Shown here: positions 9,166 to 20,501 of the stretch, in pieces | How the letters are laid out: each line of letters starts with the position of its first letter | Position numbering within the stretch: the first letter of the stretch is position 1 | Origin: Opitutales bacterium | GTDB lineage: Bacteria > Verrucomicrobiota > Verrucomicrobiia > Opitutales > UBA2987 | Assembly (NCBI GenBank): GCA_965226885.1 | Contig: CBDDEL010000017.1 | Location: 288,001 to 352,000 of the forward strand | Length of the DNA: 64,000 bases | Reading direction: 5' to 3' | Position numbers and translations under genes: made by a program | Notes under the pieces: generated by a model | The model's database searches: none | The model's input: the letters and a program-made list of their open reading frames with translations, nothing else | What the model was told of the DNA's origin: nothing

Positions 9166-10432
9166 CCTCGGCTGGGGCGATGTCAGTTTTCACGGCTCCC
9201 CCATCAGGACTCCGAATATTGACCGTCTGGCCGGAGAAGGCATCGAATTACGTCTGCCCTTCTGCCCTATGTGTACGCCCACCCGTGTCTGCCTGTTGAC
9301 CGGCCGCCACCCCGGTCGTTTCGGGGCGCATGCCACCAAGCCCTGCAACCCGCCCGTCCTGCCCGACGGTTATGCGACCCTGGCCACTGTTTTGCGCGAA
9401 CAAGGCTACGACACGGGCATCTTCGGCAAATGGCACCTGGGCTCGTCCCCGCAATACGGCCCCAATCAATTCGGTTTCAACAGTTCCTATGGGAGTCTCG
9501 CCGGGGGGGTCGATCCCTACAATCATCGTTACAAGCAGGGAGAGTTTTCCGTCACCTGGCACCGCAACGGCGAGCTGGTAGAAGAGACAGGGCACGTTAC
9601 CGACATGATTGTGAAAGAAGCCCGGGAATGGATCAAGAGTCGCGACCGGCCCTGGTTTTGCTATGTGCCCTTTACGGCCGTGCATGTGCCGATCAAGCCC
9701 GCCCAAGCCTGGTTGGATAGGTATGAATCAGAGCGCTATGATGAAGATCCTTTAAAAGACCGCTCCTATAAAAAATATGCCGCCTATGCGAGCCACATGG
9801 ATTATGCCATCGGCCAATTGCTGGAATCCCTGGAGCGAACCTGCCAGAGAGAAAACACGATTATCGTATTCAGCTCCGATAACGGCGCCATTAACGATTG
9901 CCCGCTGGACAAAACCGATTTGTATCCTGGCTGGCAGGAAGAATACCCGCGACTGGGCTCGAATGGTCCCTTGCGAGGGGTTAAAGCACAACTCTACGAA
10001 GGCGGAATACGCACCCCCACCATAATCAACTGGCGAATCCGGCTGCCTTCAGGAACTATGGACCACCCTGTGCATATGGTGGACTGGATGCCCACTTTTT
10101 CGCATCTTACGGGCGCCGAACCGCAAGACGACCCACGTTGGGATGGCATCGACATCTGGCCGTTATTATCGGAAACGGAGGCGCAACCCGAGGAACGGGA
10201 ATTATTTTGGAGTTTCAGAGGCGGCACAAAACTGGGCATGAGGCGGGGAGATTGGAAAATGATCTCAATCCAGGATGAAGGCGAAACTGCGGTGGAGCTT
10301 TTCAATATCGCAAACGATCCCTATGAAAAAAAGGATATCTCCGCCGATTACCCCATTTTAGTGGGAGAACTCACGGAGGCAATCCGGGAACAGCGACAAC
10401 TCGACGACACATCCAACCGAGACTTGTTATAA
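9104..10432 (+). CDS. arylsulfatase (FGly-dependent)
   Basis: ADDLGWGD, CTPTR, GKWHLG, SSDNG and YEGGIR motifs. Confidence 0.92.
   Translation: MNSKVKEKVEKPNILYILADDLGWGDVSFHGSPIRTPNIDRLAGEGIELRLPFCPMCTPTRVCLLTGRHPGRFGAHATKPCNPPVLPDGYATLATVLREQGYDTGIFGKWHLGSSPQYGPNQFGFNSSYGSLAGGVDPYNHRYKQGEFSVTWHRNGELVEETGHVTDMIVKEAREWIKSRDRPWFCYVPFTAVHVPIKPAQAWLDRYESERYDEDPLKDRSYKKYAAYASHMDYAIGQLLESLERTCQRENTIIVFSSDNGAINDCPLDKTDLYPGWQEEYPRLGSNGPLRGVKAQLYEGGIRTPTIINWRIRLPSGTMDHPVHMVDWMPTFSHLTGAEPQDDPRWDGIDIWPLLSETEAQPEERELFWSFRGGTKLGMRRGDWKMISIQDEGETAVELFNIANDPYEKKDISADYPILVGELTEAIREQRQLDDTSNRDLL
9253..9268. repeat. 8-bp tandem duplication just before the sulfatase catalytic Cys
   Basis: tctgccct x2. Confidence 0.8.
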
Positions 10433-10929
10433 TCGAGGAATATTTTTCCAATGAGTTAGAAACAGGAATATCCCGATAAATTCAATGCCGAACCCAAAGG
10501 CTGTAAGATCTACACCTTTATCGGCTTGCTCGGAACGGGCGTTTTCAGCTATCAAGCGTATAATTGGATTGTTTGAGTATTATGAATAAGCATATTTTCC
10601 TGGTAATTTCGATTTGCTTGATTGCTTGCGCATATGGCTTTGGCGGAGATTTTAGAAACAACAATTGGGGAGACTCGAAATCGGATGTTCGCAAAGCGGA
10701 AAAATCACCCTTTCACCACGAACGAAGCAACGAATTGGCATACTTCAATTCCGAAATCCCGGGTATTATTGGAGGCGTGATTTACTATTTTAAAGACGAC
10801 CGATTGGACGGTGGAAAATTTGTTTCCAGAAACAGCAATCGAACCCCTGAGGAAACCTACCGTGATTACCTTAAACTTCAAACCTACTTTTGATGTGCAC
10901 TGGAAAAAGTGGACACGAGATTCTCCTAA

Positions 10930-11238
10930 ATGGAGAATCGAAGCATGGGAAGAAGACGCAGTATAGAGTTCAAAAATGAGGCAGTTCAACTGATGATACT
11001 CGATGGTCTGAGCGCCACCGAGGTATCGACCAAACTTGGGGTCAACACCAACCAATTGTATAGGTGGAAGAGGCTCTATCTGGACGATCAGCAGGGCGAA
11101 GCCACCTCAAAGCGACAGAGCAGTCCGAAGGAGATGGCGGCCGAGATAGATCGTCTTCGCAAAGAGCTGCGCCGCTCGGAGCGGATCAACCAGATACTAA
11201 AAAAAACGGTGGGCTACTTTGCCAAGGACGAACAATGA
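10930..11238 (+). CDS. IS3 transposase OrfA
   Basis: RRRSIEFKNEAVQL...LGVNTNQLYRW; A8 run near the 3' end. Confidence 0.88.
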   Translation: MENRSMGRRRSIEFKNEAVQLMILDGLSATEVSTKLGVNTNQLYRWKRLYLDDQQGEATSKRQSSPKEMAAEIDRLRKELRRSERINQILKKTVGYFAKDEQ

Positions 11239-12152
11239 AGTACCAGTTTGTCAAAGACAACGAGGGGCGCTTCAAGATCGAGGAAATATGCTCGGCGATG
11301 GGGATTTGTCGCAGTGGCTATTACTGCTGGAGGCACCGAGCGCCCTCGGCCCGGCGGATCGAGGACGAGGGAATCAAGGGGGCGATCCTGAAGGTACACA
11401 AAGAGGCCAAGGGCCGCTATGGGCATCGGCCAATGCACCGCCATCTGAAGGATGATGAGGGCATCGATTGCGGCCGTGACCGGGCTCTGCGTCTGATGCG
11501 TGAAATGGGAATCAAAAGCACCCAGAGTAAACGCTTTAAGCCATTAAAAACCAACAGTAACCATCCCTATGGTTACAGCCCCAATGTGCTTAAAAAGCAT
11601 GGCCAGCCGACCCATATCGACGAGGTCTGGGTGGCGGACACGACCTACCTACGGACCCTGGCCGGTTGGATGTACTTGGCCACGGTGATGGACCTGTTCA
11701 GCCGACGCCTGCTGGGCTGGAGCGTTTCCAACCACAACGACGCGAAGCTGGTTGGCAAGGCCCTCAAAGCCGCGGCCATGACCCGCGGCACACTGCGCAC
11801 CGGGATTATTCATCACAGCGATCGGGGCAGCCCCTACGCCAGCGACGACTATCAGAGGCTGGTCTCTGAACTAGGCATGAAGCCGAGCATGAGCGCCCAA
11901 GGCAACTGCTACGACAACGCGGCCATGGAATCGTTCTACGGCCGCTTCAAGACCAGCACGATTCGAGGCCGCCACTTTGCCGACGAGCGCGAACTGCGAT
12001 CAACTGTCTTCGAATACGTGGAAATCTTCTACAACCGATATCGCAAACATTCCTCTCTGAGTTACCAAAGCCCAGTCCAATTCGAGGAAAATATTTGCCC
12101 CCCATGGGGGGCAACGAGAAAACAAAACCCTTTACCAAAACAAGCCGCCTGA
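11235..12152 (+). CDS. IS3 transposase OrfB
   Basis: WVADTTY, HHSDRGSPY and NCYDNAAMESF motifs; ATGA overlap with orfA. Confidence 0.9.
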   Translation: MKYQFVKDNEGRFKIEEICSAMGICRSGYYCWRHRAPSARRIEDEGIKGAILKVHKEAKGRYGHRPMHRHLKDDEGIDCGRDRALRLMREMGIKSTQSKRFKPLKTNSNHPYGYSPNVLKKHGQPTHIDEVWVADTTYLRTLAGWMYLATVMDLFSRRLLGWSVSNHNDAKLVGKALKAAAMTRGTLRTGIIHHSDRGSPYASDDYQRLVSELGMKPSMSAQGNCYDNAAMESFYGRFKTSTIRGRHFADERELRSTVFEYVEIFYNRYRKHSSLSYQSPVQFEENICPPWGATRKQNPLPKQAA

Positions 12153-12560
12153 CACACTAATCAATAAACAATGAATATAAGAGAATCCCGTGTCCAACAA
12201 ATCCAGTACACGTCACTTTGATCTAAAATCCGGGTTTCACCAAAAAGAAGATTGGCAATGGAACAATGAGATTTATAAAGGCATGCCTGAGAAAACCGGA
12301 GAAGCGATCGCCAAAGGCCATCTCAAAATTATATCCCATTGGCAATACCAACACTGAGGTCAAGCTCGTCATAGAAAAGAGGCGTGAGAATATATCCGTC
12401 CGTGCTTTTTTTACAATCACTGAAAATGAGGCTGAATAATCCTTTAATTTTCAATCACGGATTGCACGAATAATTTTTTTTAAATGACGCTTTCTCTATT
12501 TGGGAAATCTGTGGTTTTATTTATAAAGCATTAGGGCTCAATTAAAAACCTGTATTAGGC

Positions 12561-14641
12561 ATGCCATTTATCCACGACAATTTTCTGCTTCAAAATAAGA
12601 CGGCGGAGCGACTTTATCACCAACACGCTGCCGACCGCCCCATCATCGATTACCACTGCCACTTGCTTCCGGCGGATTTAGCCGATAATCGGCGTTACCG
12701 GAATTTGACGGAAATTTGTCTGGAGGGCGACCACTATAAATGGCGGGCCATGCGGGCTCATGGCGAACCGGAGAGATTCATTACCGGAGAGGCCGATCCG
12801 AAGGAAAAATTTATGGCTTTTGCCCGAACAGCGCCCCACACCTACCGCAACCCTCTTTACCATTGGACGCACCTGGAATTGAAGGTAGTGTATTAAGTAG
12901 GAATGGTGGCTAATTCTTGATTATATTGATGAATGAAAAGTCTCAGACAGGTTTCATGCATACTCTTAAGCTTGGAAAAGGAGAGGGTTTTGCGTGTGAA
13001 ACGACCCAGTCGTTGGCGCAGGGTATTGTTCCATCGTTCCACATGGGCCGTTTCACCGGTTTCTTTTCCCACGGATCGGTTATGAGGAATGACTTCATCA
13101 TAAGTGCTCCAAAAGTCGCTGTAGGTGGCACATCTTTTGTAGGCCCGTGGCAGACGCTCGTAAAGTTCCCGGCAACGATACCAATCCCGAGGCCCAATGG
13201 CATAGGAGAGGATTTGACGGGTGCGTCGGCAAAGAGCGATCCAAACCCATTGGGCATCGCTCTTGCGCCCCACAAAAGACCACAGTTCGTCCAGTTCAAT
13301 GACATCATGGCGGCGGGCCGCAAGAATCGTGCTTTTGAGCGGTCGCAGCGATTGTCGTTTTTTTTAACCAACTCAAAACGGTGTTGGGACTCACCCCGAA
13401 GGCGCGCTGTAAACCGCGTAGACTGCTGCGTTCCTGATAGACTCGAAGGATCATTTCTTTTTGCTCTTCGGTGTATTTCACTGTGGGGTTTTCGCGGCTT
13501 TGTTTACCACAATCATGGCAGCGGTAGCGCTGTTTATGGTTGGGCGTCTTGCCAAATTTAATGATATTTTCACTTCCACAGTGCCGACAATTAATAATTT
13601 TAGTAACCATGCACTAAGAATAAACTGCCTAACGCTATTTGTACAGCTAAAAATACAAAATAACATTCTTTTTTTATACACTACCTAATTGAAGCGTTAT
13701 TTCGGAATTGATGATTTGCTCAACGAAGAGAGCGCCGAAGCAATCTGGGATCAGGCTAACGAGGCTCTGCAACAACCTCAACTATCGACCTGGGGCATCC
13801 TCGACAAATTTAAAGTGGAGGCAATCGGCACTACCGACGACCCGACCGATACTCTTGATCACCACGCCGCGTTGGGCAAAAGCGAATGCCCTGCCAGGGT
13901 GGTTCCAACCTTCCGCCCCGACAATGCCTTGAAAGTGGAAATTCCGCAAAACTGGAATGCCTGGGTGGACAAACTGGAACAGGCCAGCGGGCAAAATTGT
14001 TCAACTTTGAATGAATTTCTCGATGCTCTTGCTTCCAACCGGACCAGGCGGAAGGGTTTGCCGGTTTTATGCTCACCCAACTGGCCGAAATTTATTACGA
14101 AAAAGGCTGGGTTATGCAGTTTCACCTGGGCGCAATACGCAACGTGAATACCTACATCCTCAATACGCTCGGGCCCGACACTGGATGCGATTCGACGGGC
14201 GATTACCCTCAGGCTCAAGCCCTGGCGGCGTTCCTGGGCGAACTCTCCCAACGGGGCAAGCTCCCCAAAACTATCCTCTATAATTTGAACCCGTCCGACA
14301 ACTATCTCTTCGCCACCATGTGCGGCAATTTTTTTGAAGAAGGAGTTCCGGGAAAAATGCAGTTCGGCAGTGGCTGGTGGTTTCTCGACCAAATGGATGG
14401 AATGACCTGGCAATTAAATGCCCTCAGCAATACCGGGCTGCTCAGTCATTTTGTCGGCATGTTGACGGATTCCCGCAGCATTATGAGCTACCCCCGGCAC
14501 GAATACTTTCGCCGCCTGCTATGCAATTTAATCGGCGATGAAATCGAAAAACGTTTGCTGCCCGACGATATCGAAATGGCCGGAAAATTAATCGAAAGAG
14601 TTTGCTACAATAACGCCCTCAATTATTTCAAGTTCCGTTAA
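12561..14641 (+). pseudogene. uxaC: glucuronate isomerase interrupted by IS1, with a frameshifting internal deletion near 14035
   Basis: IIDYHCHL, GDHYKWRAMR, NPLYHWTHLEL, TTDDP, FRPD, GSGWWF and GMLTDSRS motifs; the SDHG segment is missing. Confidence 0.93.
12884..13685 (-). mobile_element. IS1-family element type a, copy 1 (802 bp; insA 13305-13610, insB to 12893)
   Basis: ggtagtgta terminal IRs; 8-bp TSD gaattgaa/taattgaa (one mismatch); CxxC...CxxC InsA; A8C frameshift site. Confidence 0.95.
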
Positions 14642-14739
14642 TATGGATGAGTTGGCCAAGGTTGTTAGAACAACTTTGAGGTGAAATTAAGATGGACATG
14701 GCGCATTTTATTTGTGCAGATAATGAACCTAAAATTTAT

Positions 14740-15541
14740 GGTAGTGTATTAAGTAGGAATGGTGGCTAATTCTTGATTATATTGATGAATGAAAAGTCTC
14801 AGACAGGTTTCATGCATACTCTTAAGCTTGGAAAAGGAGAGGGTTTTGCGTGTGAAACGACCCAGTCGTTGGCGCAGGGTATTGTTCCATCGTTCCACAT
14901 GGGCCGTTTCACCGGTTTCTTTTCCCACGGATCGGTTATGAGGAAAGACTTCATCATAAGTGCTCCAAAAGTCGCTGTAGGTGGCACATCTTTTGTAGGC
15001 CCGTGGCAGACGCTCGTAAAGTTCCCGGCAACGATACCAATCCCGAGGCCCAATGGCATAGGAGAGGATTTGACGGGTGCGTCGGCAAAGAGCGATCCAA
15101 ACCCATTGGGCATCGCTCTTGCGCCCCACAAAAGACCACAGTTCGTCCAGTTCAATGACATCATGGCGGCGGGCCGCAAGAATCGTGCTTTTGAGCGGTC
15201 GCAGCGATTGTCGTTTTTTTTAACCAACTCAAAACGGTGTTGGGACTCACCCCGAAGGCGCGCTGTAAACCGCGTAGACTGCTGCGTTCCTGATAGACTC
15301 GAAGGATCATTTCTTTTTGCTCTTCGGTGTATTTCACTGTGGGGTTTTCGCGGCTTTGTTTACCACAATCATGGCAGCGGTAGCGCTGTTTATGGTTGGG
15401 CGTCTTGCCAAATTTAATGATATTTTCACTTCCACAGTGCCGACAATTAATAATTTTAGTAACCATGCACTAAGAATAAACTGCCTAACGCTATTTGTAC
15501 AGCTAAAAATACAAAATAACATTCTTTTTTTATACACTACC
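14740..15541 (-). mobile_element. IS1-family element type a, copy 2 (802 bp, intergenic)
   Basis: Near-identical to copy 1; perfect 8-bp TSD aaatttat. Confidence 0.95.
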
Positions 15542-15592
15542 AAATTTATTAATCAAGATATAATAATCAAATTTAACTAACGGCGGATATTT

Positions 15593-16411
15593 GTGTTGAA
15601 AGCGGTAACGGAAAAACAATGGCTGCAGTTTAAAGACGAGGGCTGGCTCAAGCTGGACGAGCGTTTGGGCGAAAAACACCTCAAGGCCCTGCAGAACGAA
15701 ATTGATGCCATCATGCTCGGGAAGGCCGACCTTGATTACGATCGGATCATGATGCAGTTGGACACTTCTACCGGCAGCTATGGCGACATTGGCGAGCCAA
15801 CCAACGGGCACAAGGGCTCCACTCTGGATTACCGAAAAATTCAGAATCTCGAGTTCGACCCAGTCTTTTTGGCATACGCGCAGCGCCCTATTTTTAAAGA
15901 TTTTTGCTCCCGCCTCTACGGCCCCGATACTCCCATCACAACCTTTCGCTGCATGTTTATGAACAAGCCCGCCAAGCGCGGCACATGGCTGCCCTGGCAT
16001 CAGGACCGCTGGAATGTTCTCGACCGCGACCCCATTCTCACCGTTTGGACCGCCCTCGACCCGGCCACGATCGAAAACGGCTGTGTGCAAATCATACCGG
16101 GCAGCCATAAATTTGGCCTCATCAATCCTGAACACGCCTCAGGCTTTTTGACCAAAGCGCAGGGGGAAGAATTTTGCCCCGACAAGAAGCGTATCTACCT
16201 CGAACTGGAAGCCGCCGAGGTCGCTTTGCTTCACAACCATTTGCTGCATGCCTCCGATGTCAACCGCAGCAGCCAAAGCCGGCGCGCCTTCAGTGTTTGT
16301 TATATGGATGGAGCGACCAAGAACACAAAAAACGCAACGCCCTATACTCGAATTTTCGGCCCAAACGCGCTGACCGTGGAGGACCTTAAGGCAGCCAGAG
16401 CGTCCCGTTAG
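15593..16411 (+). CDS. phytanoyl-CoA dioxygenase (PhyH) family Fe/2OG dioxygenase
   Basis: NKP, WHQD, TVWTALD...ENGC, IPGSH and LHAS..N.S..RRA motifs. Confidence 0.9.
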   Translation: MLKAVTEKQWLQFKDEGWLKLDERLGEKHLKALQNEIDAIMLGKADLDYDRIMMQLDTSTGSYGDIGEPTNGHKGSTLDYRKIQNLEFDPVFLAYAQRPIFKDFCSRLYGPDTPITTFRCMFMNKPAKRGTWLPWHQDRWNVLDRDPILTVWTALDPATIENGCVQIIPGSHKFGLINPEHASGFLTKAQGEEFCPDKKRIYLELEAAEVALLHNHLLHASDVNRSSQSRRAFSVCYMDGATKNTKNATPYTRIFGPNALTVEDLKAARASR

Positions 16412-16597
16412 AAAAAAGAATTGCGGAGACAAGCCGTGGCGCCATGTCCTATGTCACCCAACTGGAATGCGCCCATTGCGGCAAATCATACGAAGCCGGC
16501 AGGGTGCACAATCTCTGCCCGGCTGTAAACGCCGGGGAAAAACCGGTACGGTAAAGAGGGCGCTTTAAAACCGGTACGCTTATCCTAGAAAGGAGGA

Positions 16598-18103
16598 GTG
16601 TATCGAGATATGAAGCAATGGACAAGAGTGCGGCACAAAGTGCTGCGGGACAAGCAGAGCAAGCGCTCTGTAATGCGAGAAGAGGGACTGCACTGGGAGA
16701 CCCTGGGAAAGATGCTGGCCTATTCCCAGCCGCCGGGATACCGGCGCAAGAAGAGGCGAGAGCGCAAGATCGATCCGTATGTGGGCTGGATCGAGGAGGT
16801 GCTCAAAGCGGACCGGAACGTGCCCAAGAAGCAGCGCCATACGGCCAAACGGATCTACCAGCGTTTGGGTCGGGAGAAGGGCTACCAAGGGGGCTACACG
16901 GCGGTCAAGGAGGTGGTGGCCGAGCTGCGAGCGAGGCGGCGGGAAGTGTTCGTGCCGCTGGAGCACCGCCCCGGGGAGGGACAGGTGGACTTCGGTCATG
17001 CCCTGGTGAAGGAGGCGGGGCAATTGCGTAGGCGGCCATTTTTTGCCATGAGCCTGCCCTACAGCGATGCCTTTTTCGTGCAGGTGTTCGAACGGGAGTG
17101 CACGGAGAGCTTCTGGGAGGGGCACCTGCGAGCTTTTGAGTTTTTCGGGGCGGTGCCCCGGCGCATCAGCTATGACAACTCGAAGGTGGCGGTGGGTAAG
17201 ATTATCGGTTCGCGTGAACGCAAGCTGACCGACGGGTTTCTGCAGCTACAGAGCCATTACCTGTTCGAGGAACACTTCTGTCTGCCCGCCCGGCCCAACG
17301 AGAAGGGCGTGGTCGAGGGGATCGTGCGTTATGCCCGGGCCAACTTCCTGGTACCGGTACCGCAGGTTCGGGACCTGGAGGAACTCAACGCAAAGCTGTT
17401 GGAGGCATGTGAGCGGGACATGGAGCGTAAATTACGCGGGAAAAGGGCGGTGAAAAAGGAACTGCTGGCCGAGGAGCGCGCCGTCATGCTGGCGTTGCCG
17501 CCCATACCCTTTGAAGCGAGCCGCAAACGCTCGACCTGCGTCAGCAGCCTCTCGCTGGTGCGCTTCGAGTGCAACGACTATTCGGTGCCGGTGCGCTGCG
17601 CCCACCATCCGGTGGTGGTGGAAGGGTCCTGTCGGCAGGTGGTGATCTTCTGTGGGGGCCAAGAGGTGGCCCGGCACCGCCGCATTTGGGATAAAGAGCA
17701 AGTCTCTTTCGAGCCGGTGCACTACCTGGCTTTGCTGGAGAAAAAACCGGGCGCTTTGGACTTCGCCCGCCCACTCTCGGGCTGGCAGTTGCCGCAGTGC
17801 CTGCAGGTCCTCAGACGCCGGCTCGAAAGCCAATGCGGGGGCGAAGGCACCCGGGAGTATATCCGGGTGCTGCGGCTGTTGGAGAAACACCCCATGGCGG
17901 CCTTGCAGCAGGCCGTCGTCTCGGCCCTGCGGGTGGGGGGACTGACTCGTGAGGCCATCGCCCAGTATCTCTATCCTCAGGAAGACTACGGGAGCAGAAC
18001 CTTCCGGCTGGACGGCCATCCACACCTGCGTCACGTCCGTGTGGCCGCCCCTGACCTCGGTGCCTACAGCGAACTGCTCAAGATTCCAGGAGGGGCTTTA
18101 TGA
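16598..18103 (+). CDS. istA: IS21 transposase
   Basis: QVDFG, YDN and EKGVVE DDE motifs. Confidence 0.93.
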   Translation: MYRDMKQWTRVRHKVLRDKQSKRSVMREEGLHWETLGKMLAYSQPPGYRRKKRRERKIDPYVGWIEEVLKADRNVPKKQRHTAKRIYQRLGREKGYQGGYTAVKEVVAELRARRREVFVPLEHRPGEGQVDFGHALVKEAGQLRRRPFFAMSLPYSDAFFVQVFERECTESFWEGHLRAFEFFGAVPRRISYDNSKVAVGKIIGSRERKLTDGFLQLQSHYLFEEHFCLPARPNEKGVVEGIVRYARANFLVPVPQVRDLEELNAKLLEACERDMERKLRGKRAVKKELLAEERAVMLALPPIPFEASRKRSTCVSSLSLVRFECNDYSVPVRCAHHPVVVEGSCRQVVIFCGGQEVARHRRIWDKEQVSFEPVHYLALLEKKPGALDFARPLSGWQLPQCLQVLRRRLESQCGGEGTREYIRVLRLLEKHPMAALQQAVVSALRVGGLTREAIAQYLYPQEDYGSRTFRLDGHPHLRHVRVAAPDLGAYSELLKIPGGAL

Positions 18104-18867
18104 AGGAAGAAAAAAACCAGCTGCTGTTACACCATCACCTCAAGAAACTGAAGTTGCCCACCATCCTGCGCGAATGGCCGGCGGTGGCCGCGGCTTGTTC
18201 CCGGGACCGGCTCGATTACGCCGCCTTTTTGTTGCATCTGGTCGAACGGGAGCTCATTGAACGCGAACAGCGGGCCGCCCAGCGGCGGATCAAAAACGCC
18301 CGTTTCCCCGTGCTCAAGACCCTCGAGAGCTTCGCCTTTGAAGCGCAGCCCTCGATCAACGAAGCGCTCATCCGAGAGCTCATGCGCGGGGAGTATGTCG
18401 ACCAGCGCGAAAACGTGCTGCTCCTCGGTAACGCCGGTACCGGTAAAACGCACCTGGCCACCGCCCTGGGCTTTGCCGCCTGTGCCCAGGGCCGGCGGAT
18501 CCGTTTCTTCGGGGTCACCGCCCTGGTTACCCATATGCTCGAGCAACGCGACAACCACGACCTGCAGCGCTTCATGAAGCAACTCGAAAGGCTCGACCTA
18601 CTCATCCTCGACGAACTCGGTTACGTCCCTTTTTCCAAGACCGGTTCCGAACTGCTCTTCGACGTGGTCAGCCGCGCTTACGAGCGCACCAGTCTCATCG
18701 TCACCACCAACCTGCCCTTTGAGAACTGGATCGAAGTGCTCGGTTCCGAACGGCTCACCGGAGCTCTGCTGGACCGACTCACCCATCGGGTGCATATCCT
18801 CGAAGCCAACGGGCAAAGCTACCGCTTGCGCGATGCTCGACGCCGTCGCCGTGGCCCAAAACAATAA
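18100..18867 (+). CDS. istB: IS21 helper ATPase
   Basis: GNAGTGKTH Walker A, LILDELG Walker B, LLDRLTH. Confidence 0.95.
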   Translation: MKEEKNQLLLHHHLKKLKLPTILREWPAVAAACSRDRLDYAAFLLHLVERELIEREQRAAQRRIKNARFPVLKTLESFAFEAQPSINEALIRELMRGEYVDQRENVLLLGNAGTGKTHLATALGFAACAQGRRIRFFGVTALVTHMLEQRDNHDLQRFMKQLERLDLLILDELGYVPFSKTGSELLFDVVSRAYERTSLIVTTNLPFENWIEVLGSERLTGALLDRLTHRVHILEANGQSYRLRDARRRRRGPKQ

Positions 18868-20193
18868 ACGCCTTGGGCCCGGCTCGTCGGCCTCCGGCCT
18901 CCTCACCGACCCCAAGCCAATCCCCAAAACCAACTCCCAAACCCTAAACCTTGACGTACCTGCAATTACTAACCTAAACCTTATTCCAAGCGTACCGGTT
19001 TTACCCCGACCCCCGTACCGGTTTCATCCCGGCGTTTACACCCGGCCTGCCAGCGGCCGCTTTGGGTCCGCTACGACCTTGAAGCGGTCAGGAAAAATCT
19101 CGATAAAAAGGACCTCAAGAACCGGCCGCATACCCTCTGGCGATACCTCGAGCTTCTGCTCGTCACCGACCCGGCTAACATTGTTTCGCTAAGCGAGGCC
19201 ATTACCCCGATCCTGGCAACGCCGCGGCTTGGCCGGCATTTCGGGCTGAAACGCCTGCTCATCAAGGATGAGAGCCGACTGCCAACGGGAAGCTTCAAAG
19301 CCCGTGGGATGGCTTTGGCCGTAACCATGGCCAAGGAGTTCGGGCTCAAAAAAATGGCCGTTCCGACGGCCGGAAACGCTGGTGGAGCATTGGCTGCTTA
19401 CGCCGCGCGCGCAGGAATGAAATCGTGGGTGTTCATGCCGGAGGATACCCCCGCCATCAATATGAAGGAATGCATTCTGGCTGGCGCTAAGTCCTATATC
19501 GTCAACGGCCTGATCGACGATTGCGGCAAAATCGTGGCCCAGGGGGAAAAAGAAAAAGGCTGGTTCAACGTCTCCACCCTCAAGGAACCCTATCGTATTG
19601 AGGGCAAAAAGACGATGGGGTTCGAACTGGCCGAACAACTCGACTGGAATCTTCCGGACGTCATCCTCTATCCCACCGGCGGAGGCACGGGATTAATCGG
19701 CATGTGGAAAGCCTTCGCAGAGCTGGAGGCGATGGGCTGGTTGAAATCGAAGAAAAAGCCCCGCATGATTGCCTGCCAGAGCTCCGGCTGCGCTCCAATC
19801 GTAAAGGCATTTGAGCAGGGTAAACGCTTCGCGGAATATTTTCAGAATGCCTCGACCATGGCCGCCGGATTGCGTGTGCCGTCGGCCATCGGCGATTTCA
19901 TGATTATCGACGCGGTGAAGGAAAGCAATGGCACTGCCATGGCTGCGCCCGAGGAAGACATTCCACGATGGATGCGTCTGGCGGCGACCCTGGAAGGCAT
20001 CACGCTATGTCCGGAGAGTGCCGTCTGCCTGGGCGTTCTCAATCGGCTGGTCGAAAAAGGCGCTATCGAGCGGCACGAGCAAGTGGTCATCTTCAATACC
20101 GGCGCGGCCCAAAAATACCCGCAAACTATCGAGGCAAAACTGCCCAAAATCAACTTCAACCACCCCATTCCCTGGAACAAAATCTGACGCCTT

Positions 20194-20481
20194 TTATTCG
20201 AGGATCAGAGCGTCCTCGATTTCCACGACGAGGCGCCAAGTCATTTCTTTGGAGTCATAGACGATATCGAAATACCTGTCGTCTTTTGTCCTGACCACGA
20301 AATGCACGCTGGTGGACTGGCCTACCCTGTCCGTGTAGCTTCGTCGAATCTCGACAATCCGGTAGCTTTCTCCCGAGGGCAGGTCAAAGCACAGTGGGGT
20401 AATTCTCCTGATAAAGCGGGGGGTTTTGTAGGCTGCAAAAACAGCCGTCACATTGATTTTTCTGATTTTCGAGTTGAACAT
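20194..20481 (-). CDS. small beta-rich protein resembling Y-family polymerase accessory proteins (DUF6504-like)
   Basis: YRIVEIRR...HFVVRT...FDIVYD...WRL pattern; divergent from the polymerase gene; family call is tentative. Confidence 0.55.
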   Translation of the reverse strand: MFNSKIRKINVTAVFAAYKTPRFIRRITPLCFDLPSGESYRIVEIRRSYTDRVGQSTSVHFVVRTKDDRYFDIVYDSKEMTWRLVVEIEDALILE

Positions 20482-20501
20482 GGAGCGATACTGCCTTATA
20501 T

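Larger units (their letters stand above)
10891..12215 (+). mobile_element. IS3-family element type b (1325 bp)
   Basis: IRL tgatgtgcactggaaaaagtggacacg / IRR cgtgtccaacaaatccagtacacgtca; 4-bp TSD cttt. Confidence 0.95.
10582..12439 (+). pseudogene. exported hypothetical protein interrupted by an IS3-family element, with a likely extra frameshift near 12350
   Basis: Signal peptide MNKHIFLVISICLIAC; frame resumes after the IS (YFDLKSGFHQKEDWQW). Confidence 0.7.
16524..19040 (+). mobile_element. IS21-family element (2517 bp)
   Basis: tgtaaacgccgg...ccggcgtttaca IRs with repeated aaccggtacg boxes; 6-bp TSD cccggc. Confidence 0.95.
16444..20187 (+). pseudogene. thrC: threonine synthase interrupted by an IS21-family element
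   Basis: Removing 16524-19046 restores a 406-aa ORF: CAHC...CPAC N-terminus, PTGSFKARG PLP lysine, TAGNAG, YPTGGGTG. Confidence 0.88.

Noticed and set aside
12884..15541. Composite transposon formed by IS1 copies 1 and 2
   Set aside because: Each copy has its own separate TSD, so they are independent insertions.
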